Translations under genes and position numbers: made by a program
The notes under the pieces: generated by a model
What the model saw: only the letters and a program-made list of their open reading frames with translations
Databases searched by the model: none
What the model was told of the DNA's origin: nothing
Source of the DNA: Lama guanicoe
Taxonomy: Eukaryota
DNA: 64,000 bases
Direction: 5' to 3'
Assembly: GCA_013239625.1 (NCBI GenBank)
Contig: MU054925.1
Span: 8,622,018-8,686,017, forward strand
In this document: in pieces, positions 36,761 to 47,047 of the stretch
How positions within the stretch are numbered: the stretch's first letter is position 1
Layout of the letters: each line of letters opens with the position of its first letter

Positions 36761-37869
36761 GGCCCTGAATGAAAGCAAACAGAAATGACCATCCGTGGGC
36801 AGCAGGCGGGATTACAACACAGGATGGCTGCCACTCCCCTCACTCCGGAAAGCCTGCTTCCATCCCGGGAGCCTCTGTAAGAATTACAACATAGCGTTTG
36901 CTGTGTAGAAGCACTGAAGTCATTAATTGGATTCCAGATGTCTGGAATTGATTTATCCCTTCACTGCATCCCCCAGCCCGGGATCTATTTTGGGTCTAAC
37001 ACTTCGCACAGGGCGCTGTTCTTAATTAAACCTGCTCTGCCTTCAGAGCTTTACGTCTGTGAGACAGTCCTCCAAACATTCTCCTCTCCGTAAATTTGCT
37101 CTTATGTCCTGTTTCCGAAGCAAAAGTAATACTTGCTGGGATTTTGATAAACATGTCTGTGGTAGAAATATAAATTTCACACGCTTCCTACATTTCATAG
37201 TCCTCTTCTTTATGCCGATTCCCACGCCAAGCCTGCACTTTAGGGGCTTTGCGGTTCAAGCTCCATTTCTGCTGCCCACCAGTGGGGGCAACGAAACGGA
37301 TGCTGATCGCTCTTTAGATTGGAAACACAGACACGATGTTGAAAAAAGTCATTAATTTCCAAGCGACACTGTGCCTCTCCCACTGTAACGGTTGCTTTTG
37401 GTGACATCTGACTCCCGCTCACTGACATTAGACTGAAGCACAGTAGCCACGTTACCCGTCCAACATCTGCGACTGGTTCCTAACTTGTTACTCAGCCTGT
37501 GTCTACTGGAAGCCAAAATGGAAAATGTTTAAAAATCAAGCAAACTAATTTTTTGCCATCCAAGAGGCAAAACAACCTGCTGACTGTCCTTTTACTTTGC
37601 AAATGGTTATTTGAGCCTCAGGTGGAGGGGCGACTCATCTACTTATAAAGCAAGTCAGATTCGAGACTTAATTTTTTTCAGCCAAAAGGCAGCTGAATCT
37701 CGAGAAGCAAACACTGCTTTAAGGAAAATGAACCCCTGGCCGAGGTGGGATGCTCTTGGTCCAATACTAGGGGCCCTTCTGCTCTAGGGAAGTGGAGACA
37801 TAGAAGGGTGGGGGCCCAGGATTACAGACAGCATCATTCTGTTGTTCTGCGACTTTTGTAATTATTGGC

Positions 37870-38240
37870 AGAGCTCTGATGAGCGCCTGCTGAGTACCAG
37901 GTACGGAGGTGATCTCATTCCATCCTCCTCAGAGTACCTGCCTCATGGTGCTGGCTTCTCCACTTGCAGGTGAGGAAATTAAGGCTCAGAGATGCGATCT
38001 TACAGCTCGTGGGTGGTGGGACCTGCATTCCCTCTCTCAGAAAACAGTACTAAGCATCTGCTACGCACCGGGGACTAGTCTGAGGAATCAAAACCAAAGC
38101 CCTGTTGCCTACAGAATCTCCTTGGATCAACGGTGGGGTGGGCAAGAGGCATAACATTGTTGTCCCCGTTTTACAGAGAAGGAAACAAAGGTTCAGAGAA
38201 ATTAAGTGAATTGCTTAAGTCTCCTGCAGTCTTGGGCTGA
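37870..38240 (-). mobile_element. Cluster of MIR fragments with a short L2 piece
   Basis: 'gatctcattccatcctc...ttgcaggtgaggaaattaaggctcagaga' and 'ccccgttttacagagaaggaaacaaaggttcagagaaattaagtgaattgc'. Confidence 0.7.
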
Positions 38241-38649
38241 AAGACTCAGCATGTTTCTCTACAAAAAAGGACCCTCTATTAAAAACAACACGGGTGGCCT
38301 GCATGTGGTTCCTGCAACGGGACATCGCAACTGAGGACGCGCGTGCTGGAGGATCCCTTATTCAAAAGCAGAAATTAAATTCTGGGTAACGGGCCAGCGC
38401 GGTTTCAGCTCAGACTTTTCACCCTTGCTGTCTATGCTCTGGTCCAGAATCACTGATCCCTGACACGGCTTTCTTGGTGTGACAGGCCCTCATTTACTAC
38501 TTTACCCTCATCTCTCAGCTCCTTGCACTATTTCCATCCTATTTAAGTAGAAGTGGTTCTTTAAACAACCTGCTTCATCTGTCGCCACCAGCCTCGCACA
38601 TGGAACACACCGCTTCCCCCGTTCCCCCGCGGCTCTACTCGGGGGCCCT

Positions 38650-38770
38650 TTTATGAGGTTCCATTTCAGGACGTTTATTTTGTTGTGAGCGCTTTCCCAT
38701 GTGTCTGTCTTCCCCACTAACCTATAGGTTCTGTGAGCCGAAAGCCACTGCTCATTAACAATATTCAGTC
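38650..38770 (+). mobile_element. L2 3' end fragment
   Basis: 'tgtgtctgtcttccccactaacctataggttctgtgagccgaaagccactgctc'. Confidence 0.5.
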
Positions 38771-39467
38771 TTTCCTTAACTTTCAAAACATCAATGCCAC
38801 ATGGTTCAATCTAATACCTTAGCAGCGACCTTACAAAACTGGAGCCAGGAACATAACAGGTGTCCACGGAACACTTCTTGTCGCAAGAAACCAACCATAA
38901 CAGATACTCAGACAGTTACCACCGCCGTCACTCCTCAAGGAAGGCTGTGATTACGTTCTCTAGGCCAAATGCTGTAACGCTAATGCAGAAACGGAGACAA
39001 GACGCTGTGAAGGAGGACACAGGACAAACCAAGATTTCTTTGCAGCCCGCATCAACCCGAAACTTTACTAGTTTTACCTAATTGTATTTCAAGAGGACAA
39101 TAAACTTATGAAGGCTCTGAGTAGAGAGCCGAGCTGTGGGCATCCCTGGTCTGTGACGATGACTTCCCAGTGGCATCTCCCCTCCTTCAAGGACAACTGG
39201 GGAGAAAAACACACAGTGAGCAGGAGGCAAATGAAAGATACGCTTGTGCCCACTTGGAGGTCAGCATCCCACCCTTCCTTGTGATCTGTCATTAATGACA
39301 ATTTCATTTCTTCAGAGGCTGGAAAATCACCACGGAGGCTGGCCTCAGTGGTCCCACAGCTGATCCTCCTTTGAAGGAAAAGCTTGAGAGAAAATGTAGA
39401 CAACAGAGTGGCAGCCAGGCCACTGTTTTGTCTGTGCTCCACCGGGGAGTGCCTACGGCCACGTCCC

Positions 39468-39547
39468 TTTCCTGCGCCAGCCCCGTCCTGATGCCCTCCC
39501 GTCTTACACTGGCTGGGGGGGGGGGCGTCACCTCACCCTGCAGACCT
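39468..39547 (+). repeat. Arm 2 of the 80-bp inverted duplicate, followed by a re-copied 14-mer
   Basis: tttcctgcgccagccccgtcctgatgccctcccgtcttacactggct(g)11cgtcacctcaccctgcagacct; acctcaccctgcag occurs twice in tandem at 39530-39543 and 39544-39557. Confidence 0.97.
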
Positions 39548-40294
39548 CACCCTGCAGGATGCCTGCCAGTTTCTACAAAGTTCCTTCTCATCGTGGACAC
39601 TCTTTTCCATGGATTCTTCATTGTATATGTGCACAGGCTGTGTCAAATGGAGCTTCCTGTGCCTCTGCTCACAGTGCATTACATCTTTAATCAGTATATA
39701 TAATTACTTACAGCAAGCTGCCAGGCCAGATTTTCTGAGCATTAGTCTAATTAACTTAAGCTTGATAATTATGTTCCAGATACCAGAGCAGTACACACAG
39801 AATTTGCAGATTAATGCCACCAGCTTATTTGATTCCTATATTATGTCTTCTCAGACAGTGGGTTCGTTTTTTGGGGTTTTTGTTTTAATAGCCATCTGAT
39901 AATTACTTAGGTTTCAAAGTTTTCCCTCAAATAAAATCATTCTGCTATTTTAGATAGCTTCTCCAATAATTAACACAGACTGGACTGAAATAATAGATTT
40001 CTGTGTATTTTTAGTCACAAAAATCTTTTTTTTTAACCTTCTATAAGCTCAGGCTGAGGAAATATTAAAGAATAAAGAGTTCTGATGGTCAATGCAGAAC
40101 CTTCCATGTTCTGACCACTCTATGCTTTCTTTGCCTTTCCCATTTCCATTCGCCTTTGGGTTGATGAAAAATAAGAAGAAAAAAAAAAAAGAAGCAGAAG
40201 CAGCAACAGGCACAGAAAACCCCTGAGACCAGTAGGTGAGAAAGATCAGTTTCTGGTAGAACGAGGGCATGATCCATTCCCACAAGGATAATAA

Positions 40295-40930
40295 CCAGTT
40301 AACTTGCTAAGTGAGTTTGCTGAGTGCCAGGCACGGTGTTAAGCCCTTTCTGTAGATTACCTCACCTAACCGCCCCGACAACCTTGTGTGGCGGGTACGT
40401 GTTACGGGCTGCATTGCATCCTCCCCTAAAATACGTCGGAGCCCCAACCCGCAGGCCCTCAGAAGGCACCCTTGTTTGGAAACAGGGTCTTTACAGAGGT
40501 AGTCAGTTTCAAAGAAGGTCGTTGATAGTGGACTGATGTCCTCTGACAAAGGGGATACACGGACCCGGAGACAGCCACACACGCAGGGAGAAGCCCACGT
40601 GAAGATGAAGGCAGAGGTCCGGGTGATGGTCCACAGGCCAAGGAGTGCCAGGGACTGCCCGCAGACCGCTGCCAGCGAGGAGAGTGCCCAGGAACAGATT
40701 TGCGCTCAGAAGGATGCAAACCTGCCCCTAGTCTGATCTCAGATTTCTAGTCTCCAGACCTGTAAGACGACAGATTTCCTCTGCTCAAGCCACAGAGTGT
40801 GTGGCACTCTCTGATGGCAGCCCTAGCAGATGAACACAGTACAAATATTCTGACTCCCCAGGGTACAGAGGCCGAGGCTCAGAAGAGCTGTGCGATGAGG
40901 CCACACGTGGGCCACAGCGCTGTCACAGGC
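40295..40930 (-). mobile_element. MIR SINE split by an MLT1C LTR insertion
   Basis: 'gtgccaggcacggtgttaagccctttctgtagattacctcacctaaccgccccgacaacc' before the LTR and 'ccccagggtacagaggccgaggctcagaagag' after it. Confidence 0.65.
40400..40838 (+). mobile_element. MaLR MLT1C-like solo LTR (TG...CA) with TSD GTACG/GTACA
   Basis: Starts 'tgttacgggctg'; contains 'tttggaaacagggtctttacagaggt' and 'cacgtgaagatgaaggcagagg...ggccaaggagtgcc'; ends 'ggcagccctagcagatgaacaca'; flanks 40395-40399 gtacg and 40839-40843 gtaca. Confidence 0.88.
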
Positions 40931-42584
40931 AGGGGTGGAGGCCATACCCAGGCTATTCTGCCTCCCCAGCTCCTGCCCTTGGCCCCACCTGCTGCTTCTG
41001 CCCCAGAGGATGGCAAGCATCGGTGCAGCGAATCCCAGGAATGGCTGGCGTGCCGTGGCTCCCTCAGTGCTTCTGAATGAAGAGTATGGCTGAGGTTGTG
41101 GCTATTTCCAAGTTTATATGCAGCTTTTATGTAAAACAGAATGACTGCTGGAAATACCTGCTTTCTTGTTTCCGTGGGCAACTAAACAGAATTTACCTTT
41201 TTGTAGAGCGAGGGCAGTGGTCATACTCTGTTCTCTTCCCACCTCTAACATGAGAAGATAATGGGCCAAAATCTCACTCGTCAACGATGACAAGCATGAG
41301 GGGACCACAGCAAATAACAGCTCAAGCCAGTGACTAGGAGGTGGGAGCGAAGGACAGGCGGGCTTTCCCAAGATACCACAACAGAGGCAAAGAGCAAGGC
41401 AGAGAACAAGCCTGCTTCAGAGAGGCCACGGACACGGACTGTCTTGGGAAGAGAGGCAACTTTGGTCCAGGAACAAAAGCATAGGAATAAGAAAGAAAAA
41501 AAGAAAAAGTAAAAGAAGACAATTCTCTGAGAATGACTCCTGGAATGAATCCGATACAGAGCCTGTCGCCAGATGAAGGAAGCTCACGTGTACTGAGGGC
41601 CTGTTACAGCTGCTGTGTGTGTGACAGTGAAACTGTTCACTTCTTCCCAAGAATCTTGTGAAGAAGACGCTGTCATCACCCCCACTTGGCAGGAAATGGG
41701 GGCTCTGAGCAGTGAAATCCTTAGCCCAAGGCCGCCCATCTCCCTGGCCCAGCTGATCACTGGCAGTGCCCACGGAGGGGAGCAACACAGAGGGGTCACC
41801 CTAGGACACGATGGGAGAGTCTTCAGGAGAACCGCCTCCCTCCTTCTGGACACATCGTGTTGTGTGTGTCTTGGTATGTGTACAAGTTCACATTTAAAAC
41901 TACAGGCAACTCACTGCAGAGAATTTTCACAAATTCCAAATTATATCCCAGTTCTTCTAGAATAGGAGCTCTTATTTTTAGGCATGACAGCACCTTTGAG
42001 AATCTGATCAAAGCTATGACTCCTTTTCCTAGAAAAATGTGTGCACAAACACAGGCACTTGACATGACACTGCCTTGGGGGCTCCATGGGTGACAAGCTT
42101 TTCAACCCTCAGAGGATCCTTTCGGCCCCAAGGAGCCCAGCGATGTCTCGGCACTACTGAGAATGTGTAACGTGTCATCGGGCACCTGGATCGGGGCAGT
42201 TCCGCTCCTCGATCACTGGCGGGCATTTCTGTGATACTGCATCTGACTCCGCCACTCTGGGGAGCTCTACTGTGCCTTTTCCATCTTTATTCCCATCAGT
42301 GTCCTGCACAGCATAGCTGTAACATGAACGTCTTCTGGCCTCTGGGTTTCAACTCGAATGTAACCCCTTCCTGGCAACACCCTAAGTTGCCTGCCCCTCT
42401 CCAGTCCCGCCACGGTAGGTTTCCTTCAGAGCGGGGCTGTGGGCAGCCCTGTACTCCAGGCGTGGCCCACAGACCAGCGCCATCTAGGGGCTTGTTAGAA
42501 ACGCACACCTTAGCCTCCAGCCTGGTGCGTGTTAGGTACTTAAGAGTGCCTGGTCCAGCTCCGGGAGCCACTACCCTGAAAGGG

Positions 42585-42865
42585 GCTGCAGAGCACTTGA
42601 AACATGGCTAGTCTGCGCTGAGATGTGCTAGAAGGATAAATTGTATACCCGATTTAAAAGATAGTGCAAAAAAGAATGTGAAATATCTCATTAATAATTA
42701 CCCCATGAGCTGTTGAAATTATAGTATTTTGGATATTTTGTATTAAATAAAAAATATTATTAAAATTAATTTTATCTGTTTCCTTTTTTAAAAAAACATG
42801 GTGACCATAAAGTTTAAAATTACAAGGGTGTCTCACATTGTATTTATATTGCAAAAGGCTGCTTT
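42585..42865. mobile_element. hAT-Charlie MER33/MER3-type element
   Basis: 'gagcacttgaaacatggctagtctgcgctgagatgtgct...aaaaagaatgtgaaatatctcattaataatt...gtattttggatatttt...aaaattaatttt'. Confidence 0.8.
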
Positions 42866-42903
42866 GAATCATTGAGAAGGGCTGTTAGGATAATGGGCAG
42901 GAA

Positions 42904-43128
42904 CCGGTGTTGACAAAGCTACAGCCCCGGGGTCCATTCTGGCCCTGTGCCTGTTTTGGTAAATAAACTTCCACTGGAGCACGGCCACGCTTGCTCACTG
43001 CGTGTGGTCCGTGAGTGCCTCCCCTCCGTGCTCCAGGAGCAGAAGCAAGCAGGTGCGACAGAAACTGCACGGCCTGCCGAGCGTAAAAATTTACCTGGCC
43101 CTTCACGGGAGAAGTTTGCTGACCCCTG
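42904..43128 (+). mobile_element. hAT-Charlie MER58A, full length
   Basis: 'gcctgttttggtaaataaacttccactggagcacggccacgc...gcgacagaaactgcacggcctgc...ctggcccttcacgggagaagtttgctgacccctg'. Confidence 0.85.
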
Positions 43129-43323
43129 GTTGGGAGCCTTGCTTCCAGAGGGGGACTGCCCGGCTCCAAGTCAGGTTTCCAGTACCTGACGTTGGGCAAG
43201 GTACTTCATGTCTGTCTCTTACTACCGTGTCTGAAAAGAGTACCTATCTTACTGAGTTGATATGAAGTTAAAATCAATTCATAATGTGAAATTCTTTCAA
43301 TTGTGCCTCACACTTAGTATGTT

Positions 43324-43845
43324 TGCGGTAGGGAAGAACAAATCTGACTCCGAATTAGATCTGTTCCTTTAGCTCTCACCCTGTGCTCCATTCCTGGGCT
43401 CAGTCGTGCTGGTTCTGCACCTTTTGTAAAACAAATGTCCCCTGTAGCCTGAAATATACAGGAGAGCCCATTCTCAAGGCTTGACCTTTAAGGGCATTAT
43501 CACTTTTCCATTCGTATACAGATAAAAAGTTGCCTAACAGAGAATAACACTGGTCTCGTTGGAGGTTTACAGGAACATCGTGACCTGACCTTTGTGGACA
43601 GAGGCAAGAACACAAGATTCCAGCACCAGGAGGTCTGCAGTAACCAACCACATCCCCTCCCCTTTTTAGCACAAGAGGAGTCTGAATTCTGACTTGGGTA
43701 AAGATGATTCCCTAGGACACGAATCTCTCATCCTCTCAGTTTGCAGACTTTCTGAATAGTCACTGCCCCTTGCCTCAACAACTTGCCCCTCGATTTATTT
43801 TCGTCCTGCCGTGCACTGAGCAGTGTGAGCTTGGACTCAGTAACA
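43324..43845 (+). mobile_element. ERV1-class solo LTR, MER41-like, inserted into the 3' end of a MIR
   Basis: TG...CA termini ('tgcggtagggaagaacaaatctgactcc' ... 'gagcttggactcagtaaca'), about 520 bp, 4-bp flanks tgtt/ggtt; MIR sequence (about 43140-43320) resumes after it. Family name from memory. Confidence 0.7.
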
Positions 43846-44159
43846 GGTTCTCCGTACACGCCAGCCCCCAGTGCTACTACTGCTGGCTGTTACCCCAAGT
43901 ATAATTAGACATCTTTGCTTTGTCACCATTTTTTCTTGTGTGTTGCCCCAACGGGCTAAAAACCCCAGGAGAGCAGGGACATTTTCGATCGACCAACTAT
44001 TTACCCGGGCACAGTTTCTGGCACATGGTAGAAAGTCAGTAAATATTTGCTGGGTGGTTGAGGCGCCCAGGAAGGTAATCTGCCTAAGGCTACCTGGTCA
44101 GTCAGTGGCCCGCACTTGAACCTGGTTCTTTCTGCTCCCCAATCTCTTAGCCTCTCCTA

Positions 44160-44318
44160 CTCCACCAAGTGTGGTCTCTGGACCAGAAGCATCACCTGGG
44201 AGCCTGTTAGAAATGCAGGCTCTTAGGCACCACCCCAGAACTACCGAATCAAAAACTCTATTTTAACAAAATGTCCCAGAGATTCATAGGCATGTGTAAA
44301 TTTGGGAAGCAGTGCTCT
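44160..44318. mobile_element. hAT-Charlie MER5A
   Basis: 'aagtgtggtctctggaccagaagcatcacctgggagcctgttagaaatgcaggctcttaggcaccaccccagaactaccgaatcaaaaactctattttaacaa'. Confidence 0.85.
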
Positions 44319-45889
44319 GGGCTGTAACCCCCAGTAAAGACTCTCTCTGCTTATTCACTCAACAAGCAGTTCACCGTAGCATCGGTCTTTCCACTGCGCA
44401 CTATGTCCGACCCCCTAATTCCAGAGCTGATTATTCCTACTCACTCCACGCCCAGGGGTGTTTAGGTTCTGCAGTAAACGTTACTGTGCTGTGTCAGAAG
44501 GTGCCCTTTCTCCTGCCGGGTCCAAACCACTGCAGTGCAGGGGTGACCTCTCTGCACAGAAATCTGCTTAACATTCCACACCAGCCTCCAGTGGCCAGGC
44601 CACGGGCCCAGAGGATACAGGGGGTCGAAAATCCACTTGTCAATAATTTCCCTTGGGGCGCCTACCTCAGTGAATCAGTTCTCCTCTGCATTCTACACAC
44701 CCGTGGCTGCCCCACCACAGCAGAAATCCATTCCTACATTTAATAGCCCAGGTGCCTGCCTTTTTGATTCTACAAATAAATGCAAGTCATCTCCTTCTCA
44801 TATCACAAACCAACGAAAATCCTCCGCACACAGTCTGTTTTGGCTTCCTCGTTCCCTGGCTCCATGGCCCAACGCTCTTCGCCTGTTTTCTGAGAAATGG
44901 CCCGTTCTGTGCCACTTCAGAGGACGAGGGCGCTTAAAATTAGCACAGAATCTTACGATGGGTTCCCATTTGTCACAGCAAGAAGTTTCAAATTGTGGTC
45001 ATCTGTTGAACACTTTCAATTAGAAAAAGACTGATTAGCATAATTCTTAAAGGTCTGAACTCTAAACGCACAGATGGCCTCTGAGAGGGCTGATGGCGCA
45101 TAAAGGAGATTAGGATAAACCTAATTAGCTAGGGGGTGTTCCCATTTCTGGAGTCAAGTGGTGAGCGATGGCGAGGAAGTGATGGATAGACAGATGGATG
45201 TAATGAAGCCCCATTAAAGTCCTTCTGATTCCCCCACGCAGGGACGGAGCGCATCACCCCATTAATGGTGCTGTGAGCTAACACAGTCCACACTGGGTGC
45301 TCTGACCTCGAAAATGAGTTTGAATCGCCTGCCCAGCTCTTTGCACGGATCCACGGGATTTCAGTGAGGCTGGAAGCTCTGTGTGCCTGCTGGGGAGACA
45401 GCCCCACCCCGTGGGCTGGAAGCACCCCGCCTAGGGGCTGATGTCCTCCTGGCTGGTCTGTAAAGGCAGAGTCTCATAGCTTTCTGTTCCCACTGCTCTA
45501 CACCCTGAGTTTCCTCGGAAATGCACTGTGCTTTGCGTCCGTTCCACTGTGACACCGTGGGGACGGCTGCGGTTCTCCTGAGTGCTGACAGCTCGACGTT
45601 ATCACCCTCACATGCTGCTTGGGGACCAAAGGCAAGTTCTAAGAATGGGAAGTGGCAAGACGGGGCCCTTTGCTTGAGGAGCTCATGGCTCAGTCACAGA
45701 GACGGGACTGTGATAGTTCACAGCCTACCTGATGAGTCCTCTCGCCTGGGCGGCGAGCTCCTCTTATTTCTTATAACCAAAAGAGAACACCTGAATTGTA
45801 GTCCCCATCCTGTTTCAGTCTTTCCAGAAAATATCACTAACCATCCAGCTGCTTACTGAAACCAAATGTGAGAAATTCTTAGCCCCTGA

Positions 45890-46585
45890 GGGTTCATATT
45901 CAACTCCATGAACAAAATCTACCTGTCGTGTTTCCGAAATGCACTGCCAAATGGCCAACTTCCCTCCCCCTCCCCTGCACCATTATCTCTACCATAAACC
46001 ACTGTGATCACCTCCGAATCGGTCCCCTTGCTTCAGCTTTCATCTGCTTTCAACCCAGCCAGGGTGATCCTTGTAAAATTCAGATCATGCTGTTTGCTTG
46101 TCTGAGGCCCTCCAACTCCCATCTCATTTGGCCTTCAAGACTTGGGGCCACTGCCTGCCTCTCTCTGTACCCAGACCTCCTCCTGCCCACTCACCCGTGC
46201 TCCACACCCACTGGCTTGCCTTCTGTTTCCTGAACACATGGAGCTCATCCCGGACCTGCGGCTTTCACAGCCACCATTCCCGCTTTCTGGAAAGCTCTCT
46301 GCCCCCGGCTTCTCCAGACTTGCCTCTTACCCTTCCGTTACCAGTTACACCTCCTTGGCGAGGCCTCTTCTGACTCTCTACCCAAGTTCATCGGCTCCTG
46401 CACCCATATTTTTATCCTATTACCCTGTTTCACTGTCCGAGACGATGTATGTTTGCGTGTTCACTTGCGTCCGCCTGCCTCGCCCGCTAGAGGAATCTCC
46501 TAGAACAAGACCTGGCTGATTCACGCCTGTATCCCCCAGCGCCGGCACCTTTAAGGGGGATCAGCAGCACTGGTTTAACGAAGAA
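45890..46585 (+). mobile_element. L2 LINE 3' fragment
   Basis: 'cagccagggtgatccttgtaaaattcagatcatg', 'ccactggcttgccttctgtttcctgaacac', 'ttcacgcctgtatcccccagcgccggcac'. Confidence 0.8.
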
Positions 46586-46830
46586 CATCATTTGTCTGTA
46601 AGCTTTGCTTGCAACAAAATGCCAGTGGGGAGGTAAGACTGGAGACATGGTAATGCTGGGGCTCCCATCCTACCGTCAGTGAGGGGGACGCCTAGGGAGT
46701 AGGGAGGGGCCAGCGCCCTTCACGCGAGGCCCTGGGGACACACAGCTGAGCCAGACGGCCCCTGCCTGCCCTCGGGGAGCCTGTGCTGCAGCTTTTAAAC
46801 TTTTCATCCTCATTTTAGGGTAGGACAGGA

Positions 46831-47047
46831 CTGGGCGTGGGCACATTTTTTCCCCTTTAAAGGGCTGGATGTAGTGCACTTTGTAGGCTCTGCAGGCCCC
46901 AGTCCGCCCCGCAGACACGCGACTCTGCTGCCGCAGTGCGAACGCGGCCCGGGTCGTCCGCGCACACGACGGTGTTCTGATCAAACGACCGACAAAACAA
47001 GCGTCAGGTCCGACTCGGCGGGTGGGACATACATTTTGGCAACCCTG
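46831..47047 (-). mobile_element. hAT-Charlie MER58A, GC/CpG-shifted copy
   Basis: 'taaagggctggatgtagtgcactttgtaggctctgcaggcc...actctgctgccgcagtgcgaacgcggcc...ttttggcaaccctg' aligns to reverse MER58A. Confidence 0.7.
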
